Shown here: piece after piece, positions 24,889 to 33,002 of the stretch
How positions within the stretch are numbered: position 1 is the stretch's first letter
Layout: each line of letters begins with the position of its first letter
Assembly (NCBI GenBank): GCA_937906385.1
Contig: CALCYQ010000001.1
Location: 81,632-145,631, forward strand
Reading direction: 5' to 3'
Length of the DNA stretch: 64,000 nt
Origin: an uncultured Candidatus Saccharibacteria bacterium
GTDB lineage: Bacteria; Patescibacteriota; Saccharimonadia; Saccharimonadales; Saccharimonadaceae
The notes under the pieces: generated by a model
What the model saw: only the letters and a program-made list of their open reading frames with translations
Told to the model about the DNA's origin: nothing
The model's database searches: none
Translations under genes and position numbers: made by a program

Positions 24889-25437
24889 ATGTCTAAGAAT
24901 TTATCCGGCACCAAAACCGAAGCCAATTTGAACGCCGCTTTTTCTGGCGAATCTCAGGCTCGTGTCAAATACCAGTTCTTTGCCAGCAAAGCTAAGAAAG
25001 AGGGCTACGAGCAAATCGCTGAAATCTTCCAAGAGACCAGCGACAACGAAAAAGAGCATGCCAAAATGTGGTATAAGGCTCTTCATGAAGACAACTCCGT
25101 GCCTGATACTATTTCCAATTTGAAAGAGGCCATCGCCGGCGAGGAATACGAAGAGACTGAAATGTACGTTAAATTCGCCGCTGAAGCTCGCGAAGAAGGC
25201 TTCGAAGAAATCGCCAGGCTCTTTGAAGAAGTTGGCAAGATTGAAGCCGAGCATGAAAAGCGCTATCGCAAGCTCCTCGAAAATATCGAGAAGGGCATGG
25301 TCTTCAAGTCCGACGGTGTCACTGTCTGGAAATGTCGCAACTGTGGCTATATCCACATCGGCGAAAAGGCACCAGAGAAGTGCCCAGTCTGCTTCCATCC
25401 ACAGAGCTACTTTGAAATTCGCGCCGAGAATTATTAA
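24889..25437 (+). CDS. rbr: Rubrerythrin
   Basis: Ferritin-like diiron ExxH motifs (EKEHAKMW, AEHEKRY) plus a C-terminal rubredoxin-type CxxC..CPVC. Start at ATG 24889 after GGAG. Confidence 0.9.
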   Translation: MSKNLSGTKTEANLNAAFSGESQARVKYQFFASKAKKEGYEQIAEIFQETSDNEKEHAKMWYKALHEDNSVPDTISNLKEAIAGEEYEETEMYVKFAAEAREEGFEEIARLFEEVGKIEAEHEKRYRKLLENIEKGMVFKSDGVTVWKCRNCGYIHIGEKAPEKCPVCFHPQSYFEIRAENY

Positions 25438-25442
25438 TTATC

Positions 25443-26192
25443 ATGGCCGGTTTGTCTCAGTACAAGCGGCGCCGCGTCACGGCCGTCATTGTGGCGGCCG
25501 GACTTTTTGCTCTTTTCCTAATTTTCAATCCGGCCGCCTATCAATACATTTCGCCGGACGGTGGCGCCCTCATCGACAACGTCGCAAATGTCCAAAGCAA
25601 AGACCAAACCAAGCCCGACTCCATGAAGGCCTATGATGTTCTAAACGCCCTCGCCGTCCGCGCAAAAGACACCAGCCAAAAATACTATCGCAAGCAATTT
25701 TACGACAGCTGGGGCCTCACCGCTTCTGGCTGCAACACCCGCGAAGCCATCCTTACCCGCGATCTTACCGACAAAGTCATGAAGGGTTGCAAAGTGCAAT
25801 CCGGTACGTTGAGCGACCCGTATACTGGTAAAACTATCAACTTCGTGCGCGGAGAAGACACCTCCGGCGCCGTCCAAATCGATCATGTCGTCGCGCTCAG
25901 TAACGCTTGGGCCACTGGCGCTTACGCTTTTGATGCCGATACGCGTTATCAAATCAGCCAAGATCCACTCAATCTTCTCGCCGTAGACGGCCCAGCCAAT
26001 CAAGAAAAACTCGACCAAGATGCCTCCACCTGGTTACCCAGTAATCAAGCTTTCCGCTGCCAATACGTCGCCCGCCAAATCTCCGTTAAATATAAATATC
26101 AGCTTTGGGTGACGCCGGCCGAAAAAGTCGCCATGCAAAAAGTTCTCACTTTCTGCCCTAACGAGCCTACTGTAGGACTAGAAAATCCGTAA
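25443..26192 (+). CDS. Membrane-anchored/secreted HNH-type nuclease, DUF1524 family
   Basis: N-terminal TM helix. CNTREAIL.., VQIDHVVALSNAW, NLLAVDGPANQEK and WLP.. motifs are typical of the DUF1524 extracellular nuclease-like family. Confidence 0.65.
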   Translation: MAGLSQYKRRRVTAVIVAAGLFALFLIFNPAAYQYISPDGGALIDNVANVQSKDQTKPDSMKAYDVLNALAVRAKDTSQKYYRKQFYDSWGLTASGCNTREAILTRDLTDKVMKGCKVQSGTLSDPYTGKTINFVRGEDTSGAVQIDHVVALSNAWATGAYAFDADTRYQISQDPLNLLAVDGPANQEKLDQDASTWLPSNQAFRCQYVARQISVKYKYQLWVTPAEKVAMQKVLTFCPNEPTVGLENP

Positions 26193-27057
26193 CCTGGTAA
26201 TTGTCGCCGGACACTTCCGCCGCCGCCAGAATCGCCGCGCCGCCCCCATTTTTGGCAAGGTACATTTCCGCCGCAAAGCGCATTTTTTCGAGCTTTTTCT
26301 TATCAATCGCGTCTAGGCCACCGCCAGCGCGGCGGTATTTTACTTCCGTAAAACACAGCACACCATTAAACCGCGAAATTACATCGATTTCGCAATACTT
26401 ATTCTTCCAATTGCGCGCCACAATCTCGTGGCCCGATTCGCGTAGATAATCGCACACCGCGCTCTCGCCGCGGTCGCCCTTCTCACGTGTGCTACCCACG
26501 TAAGCCGCAATCGGTTTGAAACTTTTGCGGTGCTCCGGACACGGTCCCAACTTTTCTAGCGCCGCCTTGTGTGCTGCCGTGCCGTAGCCGACATGTTTTT
26601 CGAAACCATAGCCCGGATATTTCTCGGCCAATTTATACATATATTCATCCCGCGCCACCTTCGCCACAATCGAGGCCGCCGACACTTCCGGCACCAGTAA
26701 ATCTGCCTTCTTCAGCACCTGCACATGGCCGGCCAGCGGGGTATCGCGCAAAAAATTCATCGTGCCATCAATCACAATTTCATGAAATGGCACTTTTATT
26801 TGTTTCGCGGCCGCGCGCGCTGCTTTACAGAGCGCTTTCGAGAGACCAATCCGGTCTAATTCTTCAGCTGAAACCCAGCCCAAGCCCACCGCGGCCTTTT
26901 CGCGAATCACCGGCGCCAACGCTTCGCGCTTTTTCGGCGTCAATTTCTTTGAATCAGTTAATCCTTCAATCTGCGCATCGCCCAGCACGCACGCGCCCAC
27001 AACAAGAGGCCCCGCCCAGGGGCCTCTGCCAACTTCATCTATTCCTAAGATTGCCAA
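26167..27057 (-). CDS. rnhB: RNase HII fused to a YraN (UPF0102) endonuclease-like domain
   Basis: N-terminus ILGIDEVGRGPWAGPLVVGA (RNase HII). C-terminus GDRGESAVCDYLRESGHEIVARNW..CEIDVIS..LCFTEVKYR (YraN). Start placed at in-frame TTG 27057, 2 nt after the rplS stop; the listed ORF start at 27144 would overlap rplS by 86 nt. Confidence 0.8.
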   Translation of the reverse strand: MAILGIDEVGRGPWAGPLVVGACVLGDAQIEGLTDSKKLTPKKREALAPVIREKAAVGLGWVSAEELDRIGLSKALCKAARAAAKQIKVPFHEIVIDGTMNFLRDTPLAGHVQVLKKADLLVPEVSAASIVAKVARDEYMYKLAEKYPGYGFEKHVGYGTAAHKAALEKLGPCPEHRKSFKPIAAYVGSTREKGDRGESAVCDYLRESGHEIVARNWKNKYCEIDVISRFNGVLCFTEVKYRRAGGGLDAIDKKKLEKMRFAAEMYLAKNGGGAAILAAAEVSGDNYQVTDFLVLQ

Positions 27058-27058
27058 A

Positions 27059-27535
27059 TTAGGCTTCTGCCTTTTCTTCGGCGGCAGCTTCTTCGGCTGG
27101 GGCCTCTTCGGCTTCTTCCTCTTCTGGAAGCGCGTTGACGGCATGGCGATCGAAATCTTTTTGCGTCAAACGAGCGGACTTACCAGAGCGTTCGCGGAGG
27201 TAGCGCAAATTATTGCGACGAACCTTACCGCGGCGGACAATCTCAACTTTTTCTACGAGTGGGCTATGCATAAGGAAGCTCTTCTCCACGCCAACGCCAG
27301 AGGTGACCTTGCGGACAACGATGCGCTCAGTATGGGAATTTTTGCGGTCAACGCGAATCACGGTACCTTCAAAAACCTGAATACGGAACTTATCACCTTC
27401 CTTAATCTTTTGCGAAACACGCACGGTGTCGCCCGAACGCACGTCGATGACGGCTTTCTTCTTTTGGGCATCTCCCACCTTCTTCAATAACTCAAACGAC
27501 ATATTTTTACCTTTTATATTTAAAACTTGACTCAT
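27059..27535 (-). CDS. rplS: 50S ribosomal protein L19 with acidic Ala/Glu C-terminal tail
   Basis: Core GDTVRV..KIKEGDKFRIQVFEGTVI..VRKV..GVGVEK.F..HSP.VEK. Tail is EEEEAEEAPAEEAAAEEKAEA. The start could be the internal Met at 27502. Confidence 0.9.
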   Translation of the reverse strand: MSQVLNIKGKNMSFELLKKVGDAQKKKAVIDVRSGDTVRVSQKIKEGDKFRIQVFEGTVIRVDRKNSHTERIVVRKVTSGVGVEKSFLMHSPLVEKVEIVRRGKVRRNNLRYLRERSGKSARLTQKDFDRHAVNALPEEEEAEEAPAEEAAAEEKAEA

Positions 27536-27669
27536 TTTAGCATATTTTTGTCCCTTTGAAAAGGGGTATAAGGTTTAAAAACCGCGGATAAACTCAAAAA
27601 TTTCCCGCGATTACACCCGGTCATGTCTAAAATATAGCATAAGCGCGTTAAAAAGTCGAGGGAAGGGCG

Positions 27670-29280
27670 CTAAATTACGCGGCCAATTTCTTCAATTACC
27701 GTCTCGCCGCGCAGCGCCGCGAGAATACCTTTTTGTTCCAAAGTAATCAAACCTTCCGCCTTCGCGGTCTTCTCGATCTCGTTCGTATTTGCGTCAGCCA
27801 CATCGCCGCGGATGAACTTCTGAATCGGCTCCGTGACGGTCAATTGCTCCATAATTCCCATACGGCCAGAGAAACCAAACGGATATTCTTCGGACGGCAC
27901 CGCCTTGTAGAGTGTAATGTCATCCAAATTGAAATCATGCTTTACACCTTCGAGCGCCTTCTTGATGTAGCGCACGGTGGCATCGTCCGGTTTATACGGC
28001 TCCTTATTGTCTGCCAAGCGGCGCACCAAGCGCTGTGCAATCAAAAGGCGAATTGAGGACGAGAAAATCGGATTCACGCCGATGAGGTCAATCATACGCG
28101 AGAACGCTGCCGAAGTGGAGTTGGCGTGGAAGGACGACAACACCAAGTGGCCGGTAATCGAGGCCTGAATCGCCGTACGAGCGGTATCTTGGTCGCGAAT
28201 CTCACCCACCATCACGACGTCTGGGTCGAGACGCAAAACAGAACGCAAACCTTCCGCGAACGAGCCACCTTCGCCAGTCGCAATCGGAATCTGCGAAATG
28301 CCCGTGAGACCATACTCAATTGGATCCTCAAGGGTAATAATCTTGCGATCGGTCGTGTTCAAAGCATTAATAATCGAATACAGAGTGGTAGATTTACCAG
28401 AACCCGTCGGACCAACCATCAATAGAAGGCCACGCGGGTGGGAAATCATCTCGTCAATCGTGGCGCGTTCTTCCTTGGTAATGCCGAGCAGATCGAGGTT
28501 CAACAAACTTTCATCGAAGTTAAAGAGACGAAGCACAGCGTCTTGGCCATACATGGTTGGCACCATCTCGACACGGATGTTTAGTAGGTGCGTTGCGCCG
28601 TCGCGGGTGATGTCTTTCTGCATGTGGCCAGACTGCGGCTTGGTGCTCGCAATGGACACACTGGCGCGGGAGCTGAGCTCGCCCATGAAAATACGGTAGC
28701 GATCGCGGCTAATTTCGGCCACTGGGTGCAGAATACCATCCACGCGCATGCGGATGCGAATCGCGCTGCGCAAGTTCTCGATGTGAATATCCGATGCGCC
28801 GAGCTTATCTGCCTGGTCGAGCAAGTAGTCGAACACTTTTTCGGTCGAAACCGAATCCAAAGTCTGCGACACCGACGCCAGCGTCTCGCTATCGCCTTCT
28901 TTTGCGATTTCGATATCGTCATAATGCACTTGTTGTGGTGGATCATGGCGCAACATGAACACCTGGTAAGCAGAATTAGAAATCAAATAAAACTCAATGC
29001 GCAAACCCGCATCGTTGTACTCCTGCGTCATCTTTTCGATGGTGTGGCGCGGCGTCTGGCTGGTGACCATAAACTGATACGGTATGCCTTCCTCGCCTTT
29101 TTGGAGCGGAATGATAAATTCTTTGTGCATCTGGTCCTTTTCGAGGACGTTGCGCACCAGCGGGATATCTTTTTCGAAATCACGCGTATCGAGATAGATT
29201 AAGCCCAAAATCCGGGCGCGGCGAGCGGTCGCTTCCTCTTCATTCTGCCTACGCTTGTTCTGGACCTCATTCTCATTCAT
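27670..29280 (-). CDS. pilB: Type IV pilus assembly ATPase PilB (GspE family)
   Basis: Walker A GPTGSGKST, Asp box, Walker B, His box (SSFHANS), N-terminal T2SSE_N-like region. Confidence 0.85.
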   Translation of the reverse strand: MNENEVQNKRRQNEEEATARRARILGLIYLDTRDFEKDIPLVRNVLEKDQMHKEFIIPLQKGEEGIPYQFMVTSQTPRHTIEKMTQEYNDAGLRIEFYLISNSAYQVFMLRHDPPQQVHYDDIEIAKEGDSETLASVSQTLDSVSTEKVFDYLLDQADKLGASDIHIENLRSAIRIRMRVDGILHPVAEISRDRYRIFMGELSSRASVSIASTKPQSGHMQKDITRDGATHLLNIRVEMVPTMYGQDAVLRLFNFDESLLNLDLLGITKEERATIDEMISHPRGLLLMVGPTGSGKSTTLYSIINALNTTDRKIITLEDPIEYGLTGISQIPIATGEGGSFAEGLRSVLRLDPDVVMVGEIRDQDTARTAIQASITGHLVLSSFHANSTSAAFSRMIDLIGVNPIFSSSIRLLIAQRLVRRLADNKEPYKPDDATVRYIKKALEGVKHDFNLDDITLYKAVPSEEYPFGFSGRMGIMEQLTVTEPIQKFIRGDVADANTNEIEKTAKAEGLITLEQKGILAALRGETVIEEIGRVI

Positions 29281-29294
29281 AATTGTATTGTATC

Positions 29295-29819
29295 ATGAAA
29301 ACGCTCGTGGTTATTCTAGATAATATTCGCTCCACCTATAATGTGGGCGCGATTTTTCGTACTTGCGAAGGTCTCGGCGTAAATGAGGTGATTATCACCG
29401 GCTACACGCCATTTTATGACAAAGGCCTTCCACACGAGCAGGCCAAACTCCGTAAGCAAATCCACAAAACCGCCCTCGGCGCCGAAGATATCGTGCCGTG
29501 GCGCCGAATCAACAACTTAGAAGATGCCATCGCCGAGTGCCGCGCGAATAATCTGACCATCACCGCGCTCGAGCAGGGCGACGACTCGCTTAACCTCGCT
29601 GAGCCGCAAACACTTACTGAAGATACCGCCTTGATTTTGGGCGAGGAGGTGCACGGCATTCAGCCTGAGATTTTGCAAACTTGCGACCGCCTTCTCGAGA
29701 TCCCGATGTGCGGCCAAAAAGAATCCTTCAACGTTTCCGTTGCGGGCGCCATCGCCATCTGGGAACTTAGGAAGAATGACCTGAACGAAACAACATCACG
29801 TCTACGTAGGCAAAGATAA
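29295..29819 (+). CDS. SpoU/TrmH-family RNA 2'-O-methyltransferase
   Basis: LDNIRSTYNVGAIFRTCEGLGV, ..ALILGEEVHGI.., LEIPMCGQKESFNVSVAGAIAIWEL (SPOUT motifs 1-3). Confidence 0.8.
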   Translation: MKTLVVILDNIRSTYNVGAIFRTCEGLGVNEVIITGYTPFYDKGLPHEQAKLRKQIHKTALGAEDIVPWRRINNLEDAIAECRANNLTITALEQGDDSLNLAEPQTLTEDTALILGEEVHGIQPEILQTCDRLLEIPMCGQKESFNVSVAGAIAIWELRKNDLNETTSRLRRQR

Positions 29820-30225
29820 CACCTACCACCATTAGAATTCCGCGAATTCCTTCAATCCAGTTTGCTACGTCGCGCGCGGTATTGTCGAAGCTAAAGAGAT
29901 TTGCTAGTGGATCGGCCACGAGGACGGTCAAGAGCAGGGCAAACACAATCGCCTCAATCACGCGCAGTGCACCAAACAGGCCGCTTTTGCCGGCGCGAAT
30001 GTAAATTATTAGTGGCATCACAAATACAAAAAATATATAAAGTCCAAGCTGTGCCCACCACTCGTCAATCGCCGGAATCCATTGGTGGATGGCACCGGCA
30101 AATTGCAAGCCGAAGGCTTCGTAGACCGAAACGCCAGCAATCATCGCCAAAAACGGCACGCCCACATGATGGCGCACGAGCAAGAACAGTAACAATAATG
30201 CCGCGAGCACGACTGCTAAAATCAT
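29767..30225 (-). CDS. Hypothetical polytopic membrane protein
   Basis: Four or five TM helices. TGcTAAAAT-aggaggt-ATG upstream on the minus strand. Its 3' end overlaps the convergent trmH-like gene by 53 nt. Confidence 0.45.
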   Translation of the reverse strand: MILAVVLAALLLLFLLVRHHVGVPFLAMIAGVSVYEAFGLQFAGAIHQWIPAIDEWWAQLGLYIFFVFVMPLIIYIRAGKSGLFGALRVIEAIVFALLLTVLVADPLANLFSFDNTARDVANWIEGIRGILMVVGVIFAYVDVMLFRSGHSS

Positions 30226-30242
30226 ACCTCCTATTTTAGCAC

Positions 30243-30271
30243 AAAAAGGTAGTGCTTTTTACGGCACTACC
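30243..30271 (-). terminator. Intrinsic terminator after rimK
   Basis: ggtagtgc/gcactacc stem. On the minus strand it is followed by T5 (complement of 30243-30247). Confidence 0.6.
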
Positions 30272-30286
30272 TTCGGAATTTCTTTT

Positions 30287-31198
30287 TTAGGCGCCTACGC
30301 GGTCTTTGCGAATGGTGCGTTTGGCATTCATCTCAACGTATTCGATGATTTTACCGGCCACGTTGCGACCAGTCACGCGTTCGATGCCGAAGCCCGGGGA
30401 AGCGTTCACTTCGAGCACAAGTGGACCGCGACTCGAGCGCATAATGTCGACACCAGCCACCGAAAGGCCCATCATCTTGGCGGCTTTTACGGCTACCTTT
30501 TCTTCTTCGGCGGTCAATTTGATTGGCGTGCCGAGGCCGCCCTTATGTAAGTTGGAGCGGAAATCGTCGTCCAAGCTCTGGCGTTGCATGCTGGCAACCA
30601 CTTTGCTACCGACCACGAAAGCGCGGATATCGGTACCAGCCGATTCCTTGATGAATTCCTGCAAGAGAATGTTTGTGCCGCTGTCGTCATTCAGATAGAA
30701 GGCCTGCATAACAGACTTGGCGGCTTTCTTGGTTTCCGCCAAGACCACGCCATTGCCGTGAGTGCCGCTTGCGAGCTTAATAATCACTGGCATCTCGCCA
30801 AGTTGCGCTAATAACTCATCGATATCCGCGGTGTTGCGCGAAATCATGGTTTTTGGCACATCAATATCGTTCTTGGCCAAGAGTTGCATTGAGCGAAGTT
30901 TATCGCGGGCGCGCACAATCGCAAGCGACTTCGACAATACATATTCGCCCTGCATTTCGAGTTGGCGCACAATCGTGGTGCCATATTTAGTCATATTCGA
31001 AGAAATGCGTGGAATAATCGCGTCAAATTTCTCGAGCGGTTTACCCTTGTAATAAACGCGGTTGTCATGACGCTCAATCGAAATGTAACAGTTCTTGTAT
31101 TTAATTATCTTAACTTCGTGGCCACGCTTTTCCGCCTCTTCTTTTAGACGGCGAGTGGAATAGTTGGCATTTCCGTTAGAAAGGATTGCAATTTTCAT
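30287..31198 (-). CDS. rimK: RimK-family alpha-L-glutamate ligase (ATP-grasp)
   Basis: MKIAILS.., ATP-grasp motifs (PVIIKLASGTHGNGV, LLQEFI, GVDIM..GPLVLEVNASPG). Confidence 0.85.
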   Translation of the reverse strand: MKIAILSNGNANYSTRRLKEEAEKRGHEVKIIKYKNCYISIERHDNRVYYKGKPLEKFDAIIPRISSNMTKYGTTIVRQLEMQGEYVLSKSLAIVRARDKLRSMQLLAKNDIDVPKTMISRNTADIDELLAQLGEMPVIIKLASGTHGNGVVLAETKKAAKSVMQAFYLNDDSGTNILLQEFIKESAGTDIRAFVVGSKVVASMQRQSLDDDFRSNLHKGGLGTPIKLTAEEEKVAVKAAKMMGLSVAGVDIMRSSRGPLVLEVNASPGFGIERVTGRNVAGKIIEYVEMNAKRTIRKDRVGA

Positions 31199-31746
31199 TC
31201 CTCAGCTCCTTTTAGATAATACTTTTGATAAAATTCTTGTGGATTTTTGGCGAGCTTTTTGTTGAAAGCTGCCGTTTTGGTCTTTTCGAGTGTTGGGTAA
31301 ATCCCCTCATGTTGCGTGACGTCTACGATGAATTTACCGCTTAAGGTCCGACGGCCAATTAAGACTGGGTATGTATGCGATGACCGGTCGCAGAGCCCAA
31401 ATAGCACTTTAATGCGTCTTCCTTTGATTCGAATACTGATGTGAGTTCGGAATTTTAGAACGACGTCGCCCGAGGCACTTTTTACGTTGGCAACCGAATA
31501 GCGCGTCCGCGTAAGAGTGCGACCGGTATAATATGGCGAGCCTTCCCCAAAGAGCTTAAAATAGAGACGATTATCGCCGTCGATATGAATATCGCTGGCC
31601 CAGATAGCAGATCCGTCTGCTCCGGTATCAATCTTTGCTGGTACTCCCTGGATATTGCGGCCAATATCAATTCTAGTTTCGCGTCCAATAATATCTTTTT
31701 GTGACATAACCGAACTTCCTATTGCTAGCCTATTATACAATATCAA
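31195..31746 (-). CDS. Retropepsin-like protease (putative ATP-dependent zinc protease family, RimK partner)
   Basis: VPAKIDTGADGSAIWA aspartic-protease-like motif. 4-nt overlap with rimK. The start may be the internal Met at 31707. Confidence 0.6.
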   Translation of the reverse strand: MILYNRLAIGSSVMSQKDIIGRETRIDIGRNIQGVPAKIDTGADGSAIWASDIHIDGDNRLYFKLFGEGSPYYTGRTLTRTRYSVANVKSASGDVVLKFRTHISIRIKGRRIKVLFGLCDRSSHTYPVLIGRRTLSGKFIVDVTQHEGIYPTLEKTKTAAFNKKLAKNPQEFYQKYYLKGAEE

Positions 31747-31803
31747 AGCGTATATGTCAAAGAAAAACCTTTAAATAAGATGAAAGAATGTTATAATCAA
31801 GTT

Positions 31804-32403
31804 ATGAAGAAAGAGCTCAAAAAACTCAAACATGCTCGCAGTGCTATGTCGCACCCGGACATCGACCTCGAACCGGATGAGTATGTGGTGCTCCATATCA
31901 AGCGCGCCCAGGTTGGCGTGATTGGCATTTGGGCCACCGTGGGTATATTAATATTCGCACTTTGCATCGTGCTAATTGTTTTCTCACAAAACAACAATCT
32001 CGATCAAACCATGTTTAAGATTAACGATCAAGCGATGGGCTTTTTGCGTCTAGCAGTCTTTGCTGTCTTTGCGTTAATTATCTTTGGCGGTTTTGTAGCG
32101 GCCAGCATTTATAAGTCCAACCAACTCTATATCACTAACCATCGCGCCATCCAAAAATCCCGCACTTCGCTGTTTGCAAATTCTACGAATATCATCAAAT
32201 TGAGTCGTATTGAGGACGTCTCTTTCCGTCAAAAGACTCTCTTTGACCACATCTTTAGCATTGGCACCCTGCGTATGTCTACCGTTGGCGACGAGACCAC
32301 CTATACTTTCAACTGGCTCTCTACGCCACAAGATGAAGTGAATACCATCTCGCATTTGGTCTACGAAAATAAGCACGGCCATCCAAAAGAAGAGACCGAA
32401 TAA
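31804..32403 (+). CDS. Bacterial PH-domain (bPH_2/YdbT-like) membrane protein
   Basis: Two TM helices then LYITNHRAIQK..IIKLSRIEDVSFRQKTLFDHIFSIGTLRM. Start set at ATG 31804 behind TGtTATAAT (31789-31797). Confidence 0.6.
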   Translation: MKKELKKLKHARSAMSHPDIDLEPDEYVVLHIKRAQVGVIGIWATVGILIFALCIVLIVFSQNNNLDQTMFKINDQAMGFLRLAVFAVFALIIFGGFVAASIYKSNQLYITNHRAIQKSRTSLFANSTNIIKLSRIEDVSFRQKTLFDHIFSIGTLRMSTVGDETTYTFNWLSTPQDEVNTISHLVYENKHGHPKEETE

Positions 32404-32407
32404 AAAA

Positions 32408-32430
32408 ACTCCCCGAAAGGGGAGTTTTTT
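32408..32430. terminator. Bidirectional intrinsic terminator
   Basis: actcccc-gaaa-ggggagt flanked by A7 and T5. Confidence 0.8.
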
Positions 32431-32437
32431 GTTGGTT

Positions 32438-32830
32438 TTAATTTCTAGATGTTTTGACGTATTCGGCCTCTTTTTCCATCTTGGCGCGTAGCGTATAGGA
32501 TTTACACTTGCCATCTTCGCATTCGGACGATTCGTAAGTGTAATCACTATCTTCCTGCCATAACGTAAAACCGGATGGGTCCGTAAAGAGGTTCGGCTCA
32601 ATCCAGCGCAAAGTCTCGGCTTCTTCGATATTCTCCGGATAGGCGCCATTCTCGGCGTAATAACCTTCCTCAAGCGCATAATACATCGCATTGATAGCAG
32701 TTTTGCGCTGTTCGTCGCGCGCCATCGCCTCAGTGTTGACCTTTTGCAAGAAGAAGAGCACCACAAAAATCCCCACAAACACAATACACAAGATTAATTC
32801 CAGAACTGTAAAACCATTTTTCTTATTCAT
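32438..32830 (-). CDS. Type IV pilin (prepilin with class III signal)
   Basis: MNKKNG/FTVLELILCIVFVGIFVVLFF gives a G-F-T-x-x-E cleavage/methylation motif. 130 aa, with Cys pair near the C-terminus. Confidence 0.8.
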   Translation of the reverse strand: MNKKNGFTVLELILCIVFVGIFVVLFFLQKVNTEAMARDEQRKTAINAMYYALEEGYYAENGAYPENIEEAETLRWIEPNLFTDPSGFTLWQEDSDYTYESSECEDGKCKSYTLRAKMEKEAEYVKTSRN

Positions 32831-32867
32831 ATCCCAATTTTACCACAAAAAATAATTGCCCTTACAA

Positions 32868-32944
32868 TGGTAGCACCGACTGGGATCGAACCAGTGACCT
32901 TAGGCTTATGAGTCCTACGCTCTAACCAGCTGAGCTACGGTGCC
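32868..32944 (-). tRNA. tRNA with CAT anticodon (elongator Met or lysidine-modified Ile2), CCA encoded
   Basis: Reverse complement folds: acceptor GGCACCG/CGGTGCT (G1-U72), D arm GCTC..GAGC, anticodon arm TAGGA-CTCATAA-GCCTA, T arm ACTGG-TTCGATC-CCAGT. Confidence 0.85.
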
Positions 32945-33002
32945 ACTATTGCAAAAGCAATTACTCTTCAAAATATAGCATAAATCCCCCTATCGGGCAA
33001 GG

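Noticed and set aside
27058-27144. Lys/Pro-rich 29-aa N-terminal extension of the RNase HII ORF.
   Set aside because: It would overlap the rplS coding end by 86 nt. An in-frame TTG at 27057, 2 nt after the rplS stop, sits immediately before the conserved ILGIDEVGRG start of RNase HII.
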